Assembly: GCA_020631905.1 (NCBI GenBank)
Contig: JACKGQ010000001.1
Location: forward strand, 357,854 to 421,853
Reading direction: 5' to 3'
Length of the DNA: 64,000 nucleotides
DNA from: Candidatus Nomurabacteria bacterium
GTDB taxonomy: Bacteria; Patescibacteriota; Saccharimonadia; Saccharimonadales; VXPC01
The position numbers were made by a program, and so were the translations under genes. Positions 19,863 through 27,295 of this stretch are shown piece by piece (positions within the stretch are counted from its first letter, which is position 1; each line of letters opens with the position of its first letter). Below the pieces are notes generated by a model, which was not told the DNA's origin, did no database searches, and was given only the letters and a program-made list of their open reading frames with translations.

Positions 19863-19910
19863 ACGCTACTGCTAGGACTAAAATAACCATAACTACGCTA
19901 CATGTAGGGT
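19863..19910 (+). promoter_or_regulatory. Candidate tandem NrdR boxes upstream of nrdR
   Basis: acgctacatgtagggt (19895-19910) matches 12 of 16 positions of the NrdR-box consensus acaCwAtATaTwGtgt (quoted from memory). A weaker box acgctactgctaggac lies at 19863-19878. The centres are 32 bp apart, the usual spacing for tandem NrdR boxes. Confidence 0.4.
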
Positions 19911-19928
19911 ACGTTGATAGGATATTAG

Positions 19929-20399
19929 ATGAGATGTACGCAATGTGATTTCGGTGATACTCGGGTAATTGAGTCGCGAACTGTTGGTGAAGGCGAGTCG
20001 ATTCGACGTCGTCGAGAATGCCCGATCTGTAAGGTTAGGTTCACTACGTATGAACGTGTCGAGCTACCCCAACTTGTAGTTGTTAAGAACAACAATACAA
20101 GAGAGCTATTTAGTCGAGACAAACTGCTTGCCGGCCTAATCCGTGCTTGCGAGAAAACTCCCGTATCTAAGATGCAGCTAGAATCTGTGGTTGATCATAT
20201 CGAAAAGGAGCTGATTGAAGCAGGCGAGTCCGAGATTTCAAGTCGCGCAATTGGCGAGATTGTGATCGAGCACTTGGCCGACGTTAATGAAGTCGCTTAT
20301 GTACGATTTGCTAGCGTTTATCGGCGATTCGATACTTTAGCGAGCTTCGAAGCTGAGCTAGCTAGAATTCGCGCACATCGTAAAACAAAAAAACTTTAG
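19929..20399 (+). CDS. nrdR: transcriptional repressor NrdR
   Basis: N-terminal zinc ribbon (MRCTQCDF...CPICK) followed by an ATP-cone. 156 aa. Confidence 0.9.
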   Translation: MRCTQCDFGDTRVIESRTVGEGESIRRRRECPICKVRFTTYERVELPQLVVVKNNNTRELFSRDKLLAGLIRACEKTPVSKMQLESVVDHIEKELIEAGESEISSRAIGEIVIEHLADVNEVAYVRFASVYRRFDTLASFEAELARIRAHRKTKKL

Positions 20400-20411
20400 T
20401 TCTTAGTAATT

Positions 20412-20449
20412 TCTAGATATCTCAAAAAAGTCTTTTTGCGATATCTAGA
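20412..20449. repeat. 10-bp perfect inverted repeat between nrdR and nrdJ (operator or weak terminator)
   Basis: tctagatatc (20412-20421), 18 nt, then gatatctaga (20440-20449). No T-tract follows. Confidence 0.5.
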
Positions 20450-20510
20450 AGCATGCTATGTGTGAGGTGTGTTTCAAAACAAACAAATATTAATTAATGA
20501 GGGTACAAAT

Positions 20511-23285
20511 ATGACACAAAATACGCTGTTGGCGCCAAAGCGCTTATTTACTAAACCGGGGAGCAAAGCTTACGAAGACCTCCAGTGGGAAAAGCGAGAA
20601 TCAAAACTAGTAAACCCGTCGACCGGAGAAATAGTTTTTGAGCAAAATAATCTAGAATTTCCGGTTGGCTGGTCGCAGAATGCGATAAATATTGTTGCCC
20701 AGAAATACTTTACTGGTACACCTGGTACCAAAGATCGGGAACACTCCCTAAAACAGCTTATTAATCGTGTTGTCGAGACTGTTGCCAAACACGGCCTAAA
20801 AGAGGGTTATTTTGCGGATGAAGCAGAGGTAGAGGTTTTTTGTGAAGAATTAAGATACATCCTAGCTACTCAGAGGGCCTCGTTTAATTCACCTGTATGG
20901 TTTAATATCGGCGTTCCAGACCGCTCGCAACAGGCAAGTGCCTGTTTTATTCTGGGTGTTGAAGATACTATGAGCTCCATCCTAAACTGGTACACCGAAG
21001 AGGGCGTGATTTTTAAAGGTGGTTCTGGGGCCGGAGTTAACCTAAGTCGGATTCGATCCTCGAAAGAGCTACTATCTGGCAGTGGCGGCTATGCGAGTGG
21101 ACCAGTTAGCTTTATGCGTGGCGCCGACGCAAGTGCCGGCACAATTAAGTCTGGTGGTAAAACTCGACGAGCAGCCAAAATGGTAATTCTAGATGTCGAG
21201 CATCCAGATATCGAAGAGTTCATCTGGTGCAAAGCTCGCGAAGAACGTAAAAGTAGAGCCCTAACTGAGGCTGGTTTCGACATGAGCTTGAATGGTGCTG
21301 ATGCTTTCAGCATACAGTACCAGAATGCCAATAACTCAGTTCGTGTGACTGATGATTTTATGCATGCAGTTGAGCAAGACGCAGACTGGAGCCTGAACGC
21401 GGTTACTACCGGTAAGGCGGTTGAAACAGTAAAGGCCAGGGAACTATTTCACCAGATAGCCGAAGCCGCCTGGGAATGTGCAGATCCGGGCCTGCAATTC
21501 GACACAACAATCAATAAATGGCACACAACACCAAATGCTGGTCGGATTAACGGTAGTAATCCCTGCAGTGAATATATGCACCTCGATAATTCTGCCTGTA
21601 ATCTAGCTAGTATCAACTTACTCAAGTACCTGAAAGCCGATGGTAGCTTCGACACTAGTCAATTTAAGCACACGGTCGAGATTGTTTTTACTGCCCAAGA
21701 GATATTAGTAGGTTATTCAGAATACCCAACCGAGTCTATTGCTAAAAACGCTAGAGCATACCGTGAGCTAGGAATGGGGTATGCAAACCTCGGTGCACTG
21801 CTAATGGCACAAGGATTACCATATGATTCAGATGAGGGTCGAGCACAGGCTGCTAGCATCACCGCCCTAATGACAGGCCATGCCTATGCTACCAGTGCTC
21901 GAATAGCCAGAAGAGTTGGGCCTTTTGCTGGGTATCATAAAGATCGTGAAAATATGAACAAGATAATTAAGCTGCATCGGCAAGCCGTTTCAGATATTGA
22001 TGCAAGTATGGTTCGTGAAGATCTCCTCAGTGCAGCCACCACAGCTTGGGATGAAGCTGTTGAGCTGAGTGAGCTATATGGAGTGCGCAACTCACAAGCT
22101 ACCGTGCTAGCACCTACCGGCACCATCGGTTTAATGATGGATTGCGACACAACCGGCATCGAACCAGACCTAGGCTTAGTAAAACTTAAGACCCTTGTGG
22201 GTGGTGGTTCGATGACAATTGTCAATCAGACAATTCCACAGGCTCTACACACTCTTGGCTACAACAAGGCACAAATTAAAGAGATAACAGAATATATCGA
22301 TGTAGAAAAGACAATAGTAGGGGCGCCACATCTTAAGCAAAAAGACCTCCCTGTCTTTGCTTGCTCTATGGGTGATAACCCGATTCACTACTTAGGCCAT
22401 ATTAAGATGATGGGCGCTGTTCAGCCATTCCTATCGGGCGCAATTAGCAAGACGGTTAATATGCCAGAGAATGTTTCTGTTGAAGAGGTAGAGCAGCTTC
22501 ATATGGAGTCGTGGAAGCTTGGCCTCAAAGCAGTCGCAATATATCGTGATAACTGTAAAGTTGCTCAACCGCTCAAGATGGCCAAAAAAGATTCTGATAC
22601 TTCGGATGTAGATAAGACCGTGCCTTTAACATCTGATGGCTCAAACAGTGGATTCATCTTAAAAGGCGCCGTGCGCAAGAAAATGCCGAAAGTGCGCAAC
22701 TCGAAAACATTCTCCTTTAAAATTTCTGGTAGTAGTGGCTATGTGACTGTTGGTGAATACGAAGATGGCAACCCAGGAGAAGTATTCATGAGTGTGGCCA
22801 AGCAAGGCTCAACTCTGGCAGGCATCATGGACGCGTTTGCGATTAGCGTTAGTCATGGTCTCCAGTACGGGGTACCTCTCAAAAGCTATGTAAAGGCGTT
22901 CATAAATATGTCCTTTGCCCCAGCCGGTATCACCGACGATACAGACATCCGGACAGCTAGTTCGATAGTCGACTATATTTTTAGAAAGCTGGCTGGATTA
23001 TACCTGTCTTTCGACGATCGTTTAGAGCTAGGTCTTGCAAGTATTGATGACATGGAGCATCAAATAACAGATAGGCAAGTTAGTTTAGATGTAGACATAA
23101 GCACAACGGATAGTTTAGGCACAGAAGATGAAATAATCGAGTCGAGCACTAAAATAACTGCTCAAAAAGTAACAAAAGTTCTCGACACATCTGGCCCAAT
23201 GTGTTTTAACTGTGGCAATCAAACACAAAGAAGTGGCAGCTGTTACGTGTGTACGGCGTGTGGGACAACAACCGGCTGTAGCTAA
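20511..23285 (+). CDS. nrdJ: adenosylcobalamin-dependent (class II) ribonucleotide reductase
   Basis: About 925 aa from ATG 20511 (SD gaggg 8 nt upstream). Active-site region SNPCSEYMHLDNSACNLASINL and a C-terminal redox/zinc tail CFNCG...CYVCTACG. The ORF track extends to 20469. Confidence 0.9.
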   Translation: MTQNTLLAPKRLFTKPGSKAYEDLQWEKRESKLVNPSTGEIVFEQNNLEFPVGWSQNAINIVAQKYFTGTPGTKDREHSLKQLINRVVETVAKHGLKEGYFADEAEVEVFCEELRYILATQRASFNSPVWFNIGVPDRSQQASACFILGVEDTMSSILNWYTEEGVIFKGGSGAGVNLSRIRSSKELLSGSGGYASGPVSFMRGADASAGTIKSGGKTRRAAKMVILDVEHPDIEEFIWCKAREERKSRALTEAGFDMSLNGADAFSIQYQNANNSVRVTDDFMHAVEQDADWSLNAVTTGKAVETVKARELFHQIAEAAWECADPGLQFDTTINKWHTTPNAGRINGSNPCSEYMHLDNSACNLASINLLKYLKADGSFDTSQFKHTVEIVFTAQEILVGYSEYPTESIAKNARAYRELGMGYANLGALLMAQGLPYDSDEGRAQAASITALMTGHAYATSARIARRVGPFAGYHKDRENMNKIIKLHRQAVSDIDASMVREDLLSAATTAWDEAVELSELYGVRNSQATVLAPTGTIGLMMDCDTTGIEPDLGLVKLKTLVGGGSMTIVNQTIPQALHTLGYNKAQIKEITEYIDVEKTIVGAPHLKQKDLPVFACSMGDNPIHYLGHIKMMGAVQPFLSGAISKTVNMPENVSVEEVEQLHMESWKLGLKAVAIYRDNCKVAQPLKMAKKDSDTSDVDKTVPLTSDGSNSGFILKGAVRKKMPKVRNSKTFSFKISGSSGYVTVGEYEDGNPGEVFMSVAKQGSTLAGIMDAFAISVSHGLQYGVPLKSYVKAFINMSFAPAGITDDTDIRTASSIVDYIFRKLAGLYLSFDDRLELGLASIDDMEHQITDRQVSLDVDISTTDSLGTEDEIIESSTKITAQKVTKVLDTSGPMCFNCGNQTQRSGSCYVCTACGTTTGCS

Positions 23286-23306
23286 AACAATAGTGTTTAT
23301 GTATAA

Positions 23307-23339
23307 TATACCCTCAGAGATGAGGGTATATTTATTTTA
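23307..23339 (+). terminator. Rho-independent terminator after nrdJ
   Basis: Stem tataccctca / tgagggtata with loop gaga, followed by tttatttta. Confidence 0.65.
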
Positions 23340-23580
23340 TCGTTCACATACCGAAAACGAACCAGTGATTCGTGATTTTATGCATGATCTTAAAGGTCGT
23401 GGAGAAAATGATATTCAACTTATGGACTTAAATACCAGAGATGGCAGCTCGCTAGCTTCGCTGTACGATGTTATGCAAACACCAAGCCTGCTCGTAACAT
23501 CCGACGACGGTCAAGTGGTTAATCTATCACAGGGCACTCTGCCTTTAGCAAACGATGTGTCTTACTACACACATCAATAA
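23320..23580 (+). CDS. small thioredoxin-fold-like protein lacking the CxxC motif (hypothetical)
   Basis: 86 aa from ATG 23320, with a glutaredoxin/NrdH-like secondary-structure pattern: VYLFYRS, a helix, IQLMDL, then QTPSLLV (cis-Pro position), then DGQVV. It has no cysteines. The start lies inside the nrdJ terminator hairpin, so expression is uncertain. Confidence 0.4.
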   Translation: MRVYLFYRSHTENEPVIRDFMHDLKGRGENDIQLMDLNTRDGSSLASLYDVMQTPSLLVTSDDGQVVNLSQGTLPLANDVSYYTHQ

Positions 23581-23674
23581 ACAAGTACTGTCCCAGGGTA
23601 CGACCTTGCAATAATTTCACTCTTTATAGTACTTGTGTTACAATTTACTCACAATTTACAAAATACGTTTCACA

Positions 23675-23849
23675 AACAGTGAATGAGTGGTTATCAGCCA
23701 CGAAGTAGGAGAAAGAAAGCCATTACGGCAAGTAAAATCTCTCGCCAGATGTCCGCGTAAGTGACAGTAACCAAAAGTGTCTGTAAATCAGAAACTTGGA
23801 TGGTACCTCCTATTACAAGGATCCAAGCATATAACATATAGGGATTCTT
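23675..23849 (+). promoter_or_regulatory. T-box riboswitch leader (Ile specifier), apparently acting on translation
   Basis: Hairpin gtgg-ttATCag-ccac (23687-23701) presents the Ile codon AUC followed by A, flanked by agtga / cgaag (GA-motif-like). The antiterminator-type element is canonical: helix cttgga (23795-23800) / tccaag (23822-23827), a 7-nt bulge tggtacc (23801-23807, i.e. UGGNACC), and helix tcct/agga. The 3' strand aaggatcc (23817-23824) can instead pair with ggattctt (23842-23849), which covers the aggga SD just before ATG 23850. Confidence 0.7.
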
Positions 23850-26762
23850 ATGAAATACACTAAATTACCCAAAACTAGTCATGCTGAGCTTGAAAAAAAG
23901 CTTATTAAAAAGTGGAAAGCAGATAAAACTTTCGAAAAAAGTGTTGCTTTTAGGAGTTCTGATAATGGCTATGTTTTCTACGATGGTCCACCTTTTATTA
24001 CAGGACAACCACACCACGGTACGCTGCTATCTAGTGTCGTTAAAGATGTAGTGCCTCGATTCTGGACAATGAAAGGCAAGCGCGTTGAACGGCGTTGGGG
24101 CTGGGATTGTCATGGACTACCTGCAGAGGTTTTTACAGAGAAAAAGCTCGGAATTCACGACAAACGCGATATAGGCAACAAAATCAGCCTCGAAGATTAT
24201 ATTATTACCTGTCGTGAAAACATGATTCAGACTGGCAGCGAGTGGGAAGATACTATCGACAGAATTGGTCGCTGGGTCGAGTTTAAGAATGCCTACAAAA
24301 CTATGGACAAAGACTTTATGGAAAGTGTCTGGTGGGCGTTTAAAACGCTATACGACAAAGGTAGTATCTATGAAGGTGAAAAAGTCCTGATGTACTGTAC
24401 GCGAGATGCTACGCCGCTTGCAAAGGCCGAAATAGCCATGGATAACTCTTACCAGGATGTGACAGATCCTAGTGTCTATGTACGTTTTAAACTTTCTAGA
24501 ACTGCCAATACCAAACTTGGCCTAAAAAGTGCAAGCCTACTAGCTTGGACTACAACACCGTGGACTTTACCGTCTAATAGTGCTTTAGCCATAGATCGAA
24601 ATATAAACTACGTGGCCGTTGAGCTCGATGGGGAGATACTTGTACTTGCCGAAGATTTACTCGATAAAGCTTTGACCGACGAAAAACACCAAGTATTGGT
24701 ATATAAAAAGCTTAAAACAATCACTGGAAAACAGCTCGAAGGCATGAGCTATGAACCACTTTTTGAGCCCGTAGAAGTACTCAAGCACGAAAATGCTTTC
24801 AAGATATGGCATGCAGATTTTATTCATACAGATGAAGGCACGGGTATTGCACACGAATCACCCGCATATGGTGAAGAAGACTACGAGCTGAGTAAGCAGA
24901 ACGATATACCCTGGGTAATGTCTACAGATGAGAATGGCTTTTTTACCATGGGAGATTGGCTGGGTCATAATATCTGGGAGGTAAACAAACAGATAGCCAA
25001 AGAGCTCAAAGAACGCGGTATAGTCTGGAAGATTGAGTACATTACGCACAGCTATCCACATTGCCATCGCTGTCAAACAAAACTGATGTACCGGGCCCAT
25101 CCTAGCTGGTTTATGGATATTGCTAGCCAAAGACACGAAATGCTTGAAACGAACAAAGAAATTAATTGGTGGCCGAAACATATAAAAAATGGTCGATTTA
25201 AAAATACTGTCGATAGCGCACCGGACTGGAACTTGTCTCGTGACAGATTTTGGGCGACTCCACTACCTGTATGGCGTGGTAAAGACGACAACGGAGTAAC
25301 TCACACCAAAGTGTTAGGTAGCTACAAAGAACTAGAAAAGCTGTCTGGCGTGGTCTTAAAAGACTATCATCGACCGTGGATAGATGATGTTACATTTACA
25401 ATAGATGGTGTTAAATATGAACGCATAGACAAGGTTATGGATAGCTGGTTCGAGGCTGGGTCTATGCCTTTTGCGCAATATCATTATCCGTTCGAGAATA
25501 AGCAACAGTTCGAACAAAATTTCCCCGGAGACTTTATTGTCGAGTATGTAGCTCAGGTGAGAGCCTGGTTTTACTACATGCATGCTGTTTCTATAGGGCT
25601 GTTTGGTAAACCAGCTTTCAAAAACGTTGTAGTAACGGGCACGATAGCCGGTAATGATGGTCGCAAAATGAGCAAAAGTTTTGGCAACTATACCGATCCA
25701 GTCGAGCTTGTCGATACCTACAGTGCCGATGCGTACCGACTACTATTAGTCGGCTCACCACTATTAAACGGCGAAGATTATGCCTTAATCGACAAAGATG
25801 TAGCGGATGTCCATCGTAAGTTAACTACGTTAATGAACACATTAGATTTCTTTATTTTGTACGCTGAGGCAGATAACTGGCAATCTAAACCAGAACACCT
25901 AATTGCTCCAGACTCTACCAACATCCTTGATCGCTGGGTGCTATCAGTTTACGAAGATCTAAGGGCTCATGTAGAGCAGCATATGTTGGTCTACGATTTA
26001 CCTAACGCCGTAAAGACAGTTGGTCAATTTATCGATGATCTTTCGAATTGGTACGTTAGACGCAGTCGAAAGCGCTTCTGGAAGTCGATAAACGACAACG
26101 ACAAGGAGATGGCCTACCATACTCTGTATTACATATTAGTTAACTTCTCGAAAGTTTTAGCACCGTTTGCACCGTTCATGGCCGATTATATCTATCAGCA
26201 GGTGAGTGGTGATGAACAGTCGGTCCACTTGCAAGATTGGCCTGATGCAATCGCTAAGGATGCAGATTTACTCGAGGTGATGCAACGAACCAGAACCTAT
26301 ATTACGGATGGACTAGCCGCTCGAGCCGAATCTGGAATTAAGGTTCGCCAACCGCTCGCCAAATTAACTATTTACGACAATCAAGAGCTAGCCGCCGATG
26401 TGCTAGAAATAGTTGCCGAAGAAATGAATGTTAAGCAAGTCAGCTTTGAAGTCTCTAAGCAATACAATATATTGCTGGATACAGATCTGACCAACGATCT
26501 TATTGCAGAAGGTGCAATTAGGGAATTTGTGCGACTTGTTCAGCAAAGTCGAAAACAAATTGGGTTAGATATTAGCGACCATATAAAACTAGAGTTTAAA
26601 GCCGACACACTGGCAAAAGCGGCAATTAAAGACCATGAGGCATATATTCAGACCGAAACCCTGGCAGATGCGGTTGAAGAAGTCGTTGGCCTAGAGGGTG
26701 ATTCGGAGAAGATTTATAAGTCAGATGCTTGGGGTGTTGTTTTTAGGGTATCTAAAATATAG
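23850..26762 (+). CDS. ileS: isoleucyl-tRNA synthetase (type 2, eukaryote-like signature)
   Basis: PPFITGQPHHGTLLSS (HIGH region in the PPF.TG.PH.G style of type 2 enzymes), the CP1 editing region and KMSKS (DGRKMSKSFGNY). 970 aa. Confidence 0.95.
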   Translation: MKYTKLPKTSHAELEKKLIKKWKADKTFEKSVAFRSSDNGYVFYDGPPFITGQPHHGTLLSSVVKDVVPRFWTMKGKRVERRWGWDCHGLPAEVFTEKKLGIHDKRDIGNKISLEDYIITCRENMIQTGSEWEDTIDRIGRWVEFKNAYKTMDKDFMESVWWAFKTLYDKGSIYEGEKVLMYCTRDATPLAKAEIAMDNSYQDVTDPSVYVRFKLSRTANTKLGLKSASLLAWTTTPWTLPSNSALAIDRNINYVAVELDGEILVLAEDLLDKALTDEKHQVLVYKKLKTITGKQLEGMSYEPLFEPVEVLKHENAFKIWHADFIHTDEGTGIAHESPAYGEEDYELSKQNDIPWVMSTDENGFFTMGDWLGHNIWEVNKQIAKELKERGIVWKIEYITHSYPHCHRCQTKLMYRAHPSWFMDIASQRHEMLETNKEINWWPKHIKNGRFKNTVDSAPDWNLSRDRFWATPLPVWRGKDDNGVTHTKVLGSYKELEKLSGVVLKDYHRPWIDDVTFTIDGVKYERIDKVMDSWFEAGSMPFAQYHYPFENKQQFEQNFPGDFIVEYVAQVRAWFYYMHAVSIGLFGKPAFKNVVVTGTIAGNDGRKMSKSFGNYTDPVELVDTYSADAYRLLLVGSPLLNGEDYALIDKDVADVHRKLTTLMNTLDFFILYAEADNWQSKPEHLIAPDSTNILDRWVLSVYEDLRAHVEQHMLVYDLPNAVKTVGQFIDDLSNWYVRRSRKRFWKSINDNDKEMAYHTLYYILVNFSKVLAPFAPFMADYIYQQVSGDEQSVHLQDWPDAIAKDADLLEVMQRTRTYITDGLAARAESGIKVRQPLAKLTIYDNQELAADVLEIVAEEMNVKQVSFEVSKQYNILLDTDLTNDLIAEGAIREFVRLVQQSRKQIGLDISDHIKLEFKADTLAKAAIKDHEAYIQTETLADAVEEVVGLEGDSEKIYKSDAWGVVFRVSKI

Positions 26763-26834
26763 CCAGTCTCTTGTAAACTTTGGGTATATCTGTTAAAATT
26801 TGACCCGTATTTTAAGGAAAAAGAGTTAAACACA

Positions 26835-27143
26835 ATGAAAAAAGCAGTTATCAGTACCGGTGGTAAACAGTATCTTGTAAGCGAAGGCGACCAAATAAAG
26901 GTCGAACTGCTTAAGGGTGTCGGCAAAACAGTAGACTTTAGCCCACTTCTAGTGATAGATGGTGATTTAGTCAGCGTAGGTAAACCTGAGGTTGATAAGG
27001 CCAAGGTCAGCGCCAAGGTGTTAGAAGAAATGGTTAAAGAAGACAAAGTTACCTCTATCCGCTACAAAGCCAAAAAACGTGTTCATAAACAGCGCGGTCA
27101 CAGGCAGCAAAAAACAGTTCTAGAGATTACTGAAATAGCTTAG
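26835..27143 (+). CDS. rplU: 50S ribosomal protein L21
   Basis: MKKAVISTGGKQYLVSEGDQIKVE... is the typical L21 N-terminus. 102 aa. Confidence 0.9.
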   Translation: MKKAVISTGGKQYLVSEGDQIKVELLKGVGKTVDFSPLLVIDGDLVSVGKPEVDKAKVSAKVLEEMVKEDKVTSIRYKAKKRVHKQRGHRQQKTVLEITEIA

Positions 27144-27295
27144 TAGTTGTCTTGATTCTGGCTGTGGAAAACTCATCAGAGAACAATTAGTTAGTCCAGC
27201 CATATAAGTTGTAAAATATTGCTGAGTGAACAAATTTTTTGTCTAAATAAATACAAACATCACTCAAATAAATACAAACAAAAACAGAGGTAGTA

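Noticed and set aside
20412-20449. The tctagatatc / gatatctaga inverted repeat as a pair of NrdR boxes in front of nrdJ
   Set aside because: The match to the 16-nt consensus is poor. The centre-to-centre distance of the half-sites is c.24-28 bp, not the 31-32 bp expected. It is kept only as an unexplained inverted repeat that could be an operator or a weak terminator.
8289-27046. Short ORFs overlapping core genes in other frames or on the other strand (for example 8289-8549, 9376-9789, 11748-12002, 16073-16369, 19154-19399, 21089-21331, 24858-25181 and 26714-27046)
   Set aside because: Each is fully nested in a well-supported conserved gene (rpsA, infB, fmt, adk, ftsZ, nrdJ, ileS, rplU). None has a recognisable motif.
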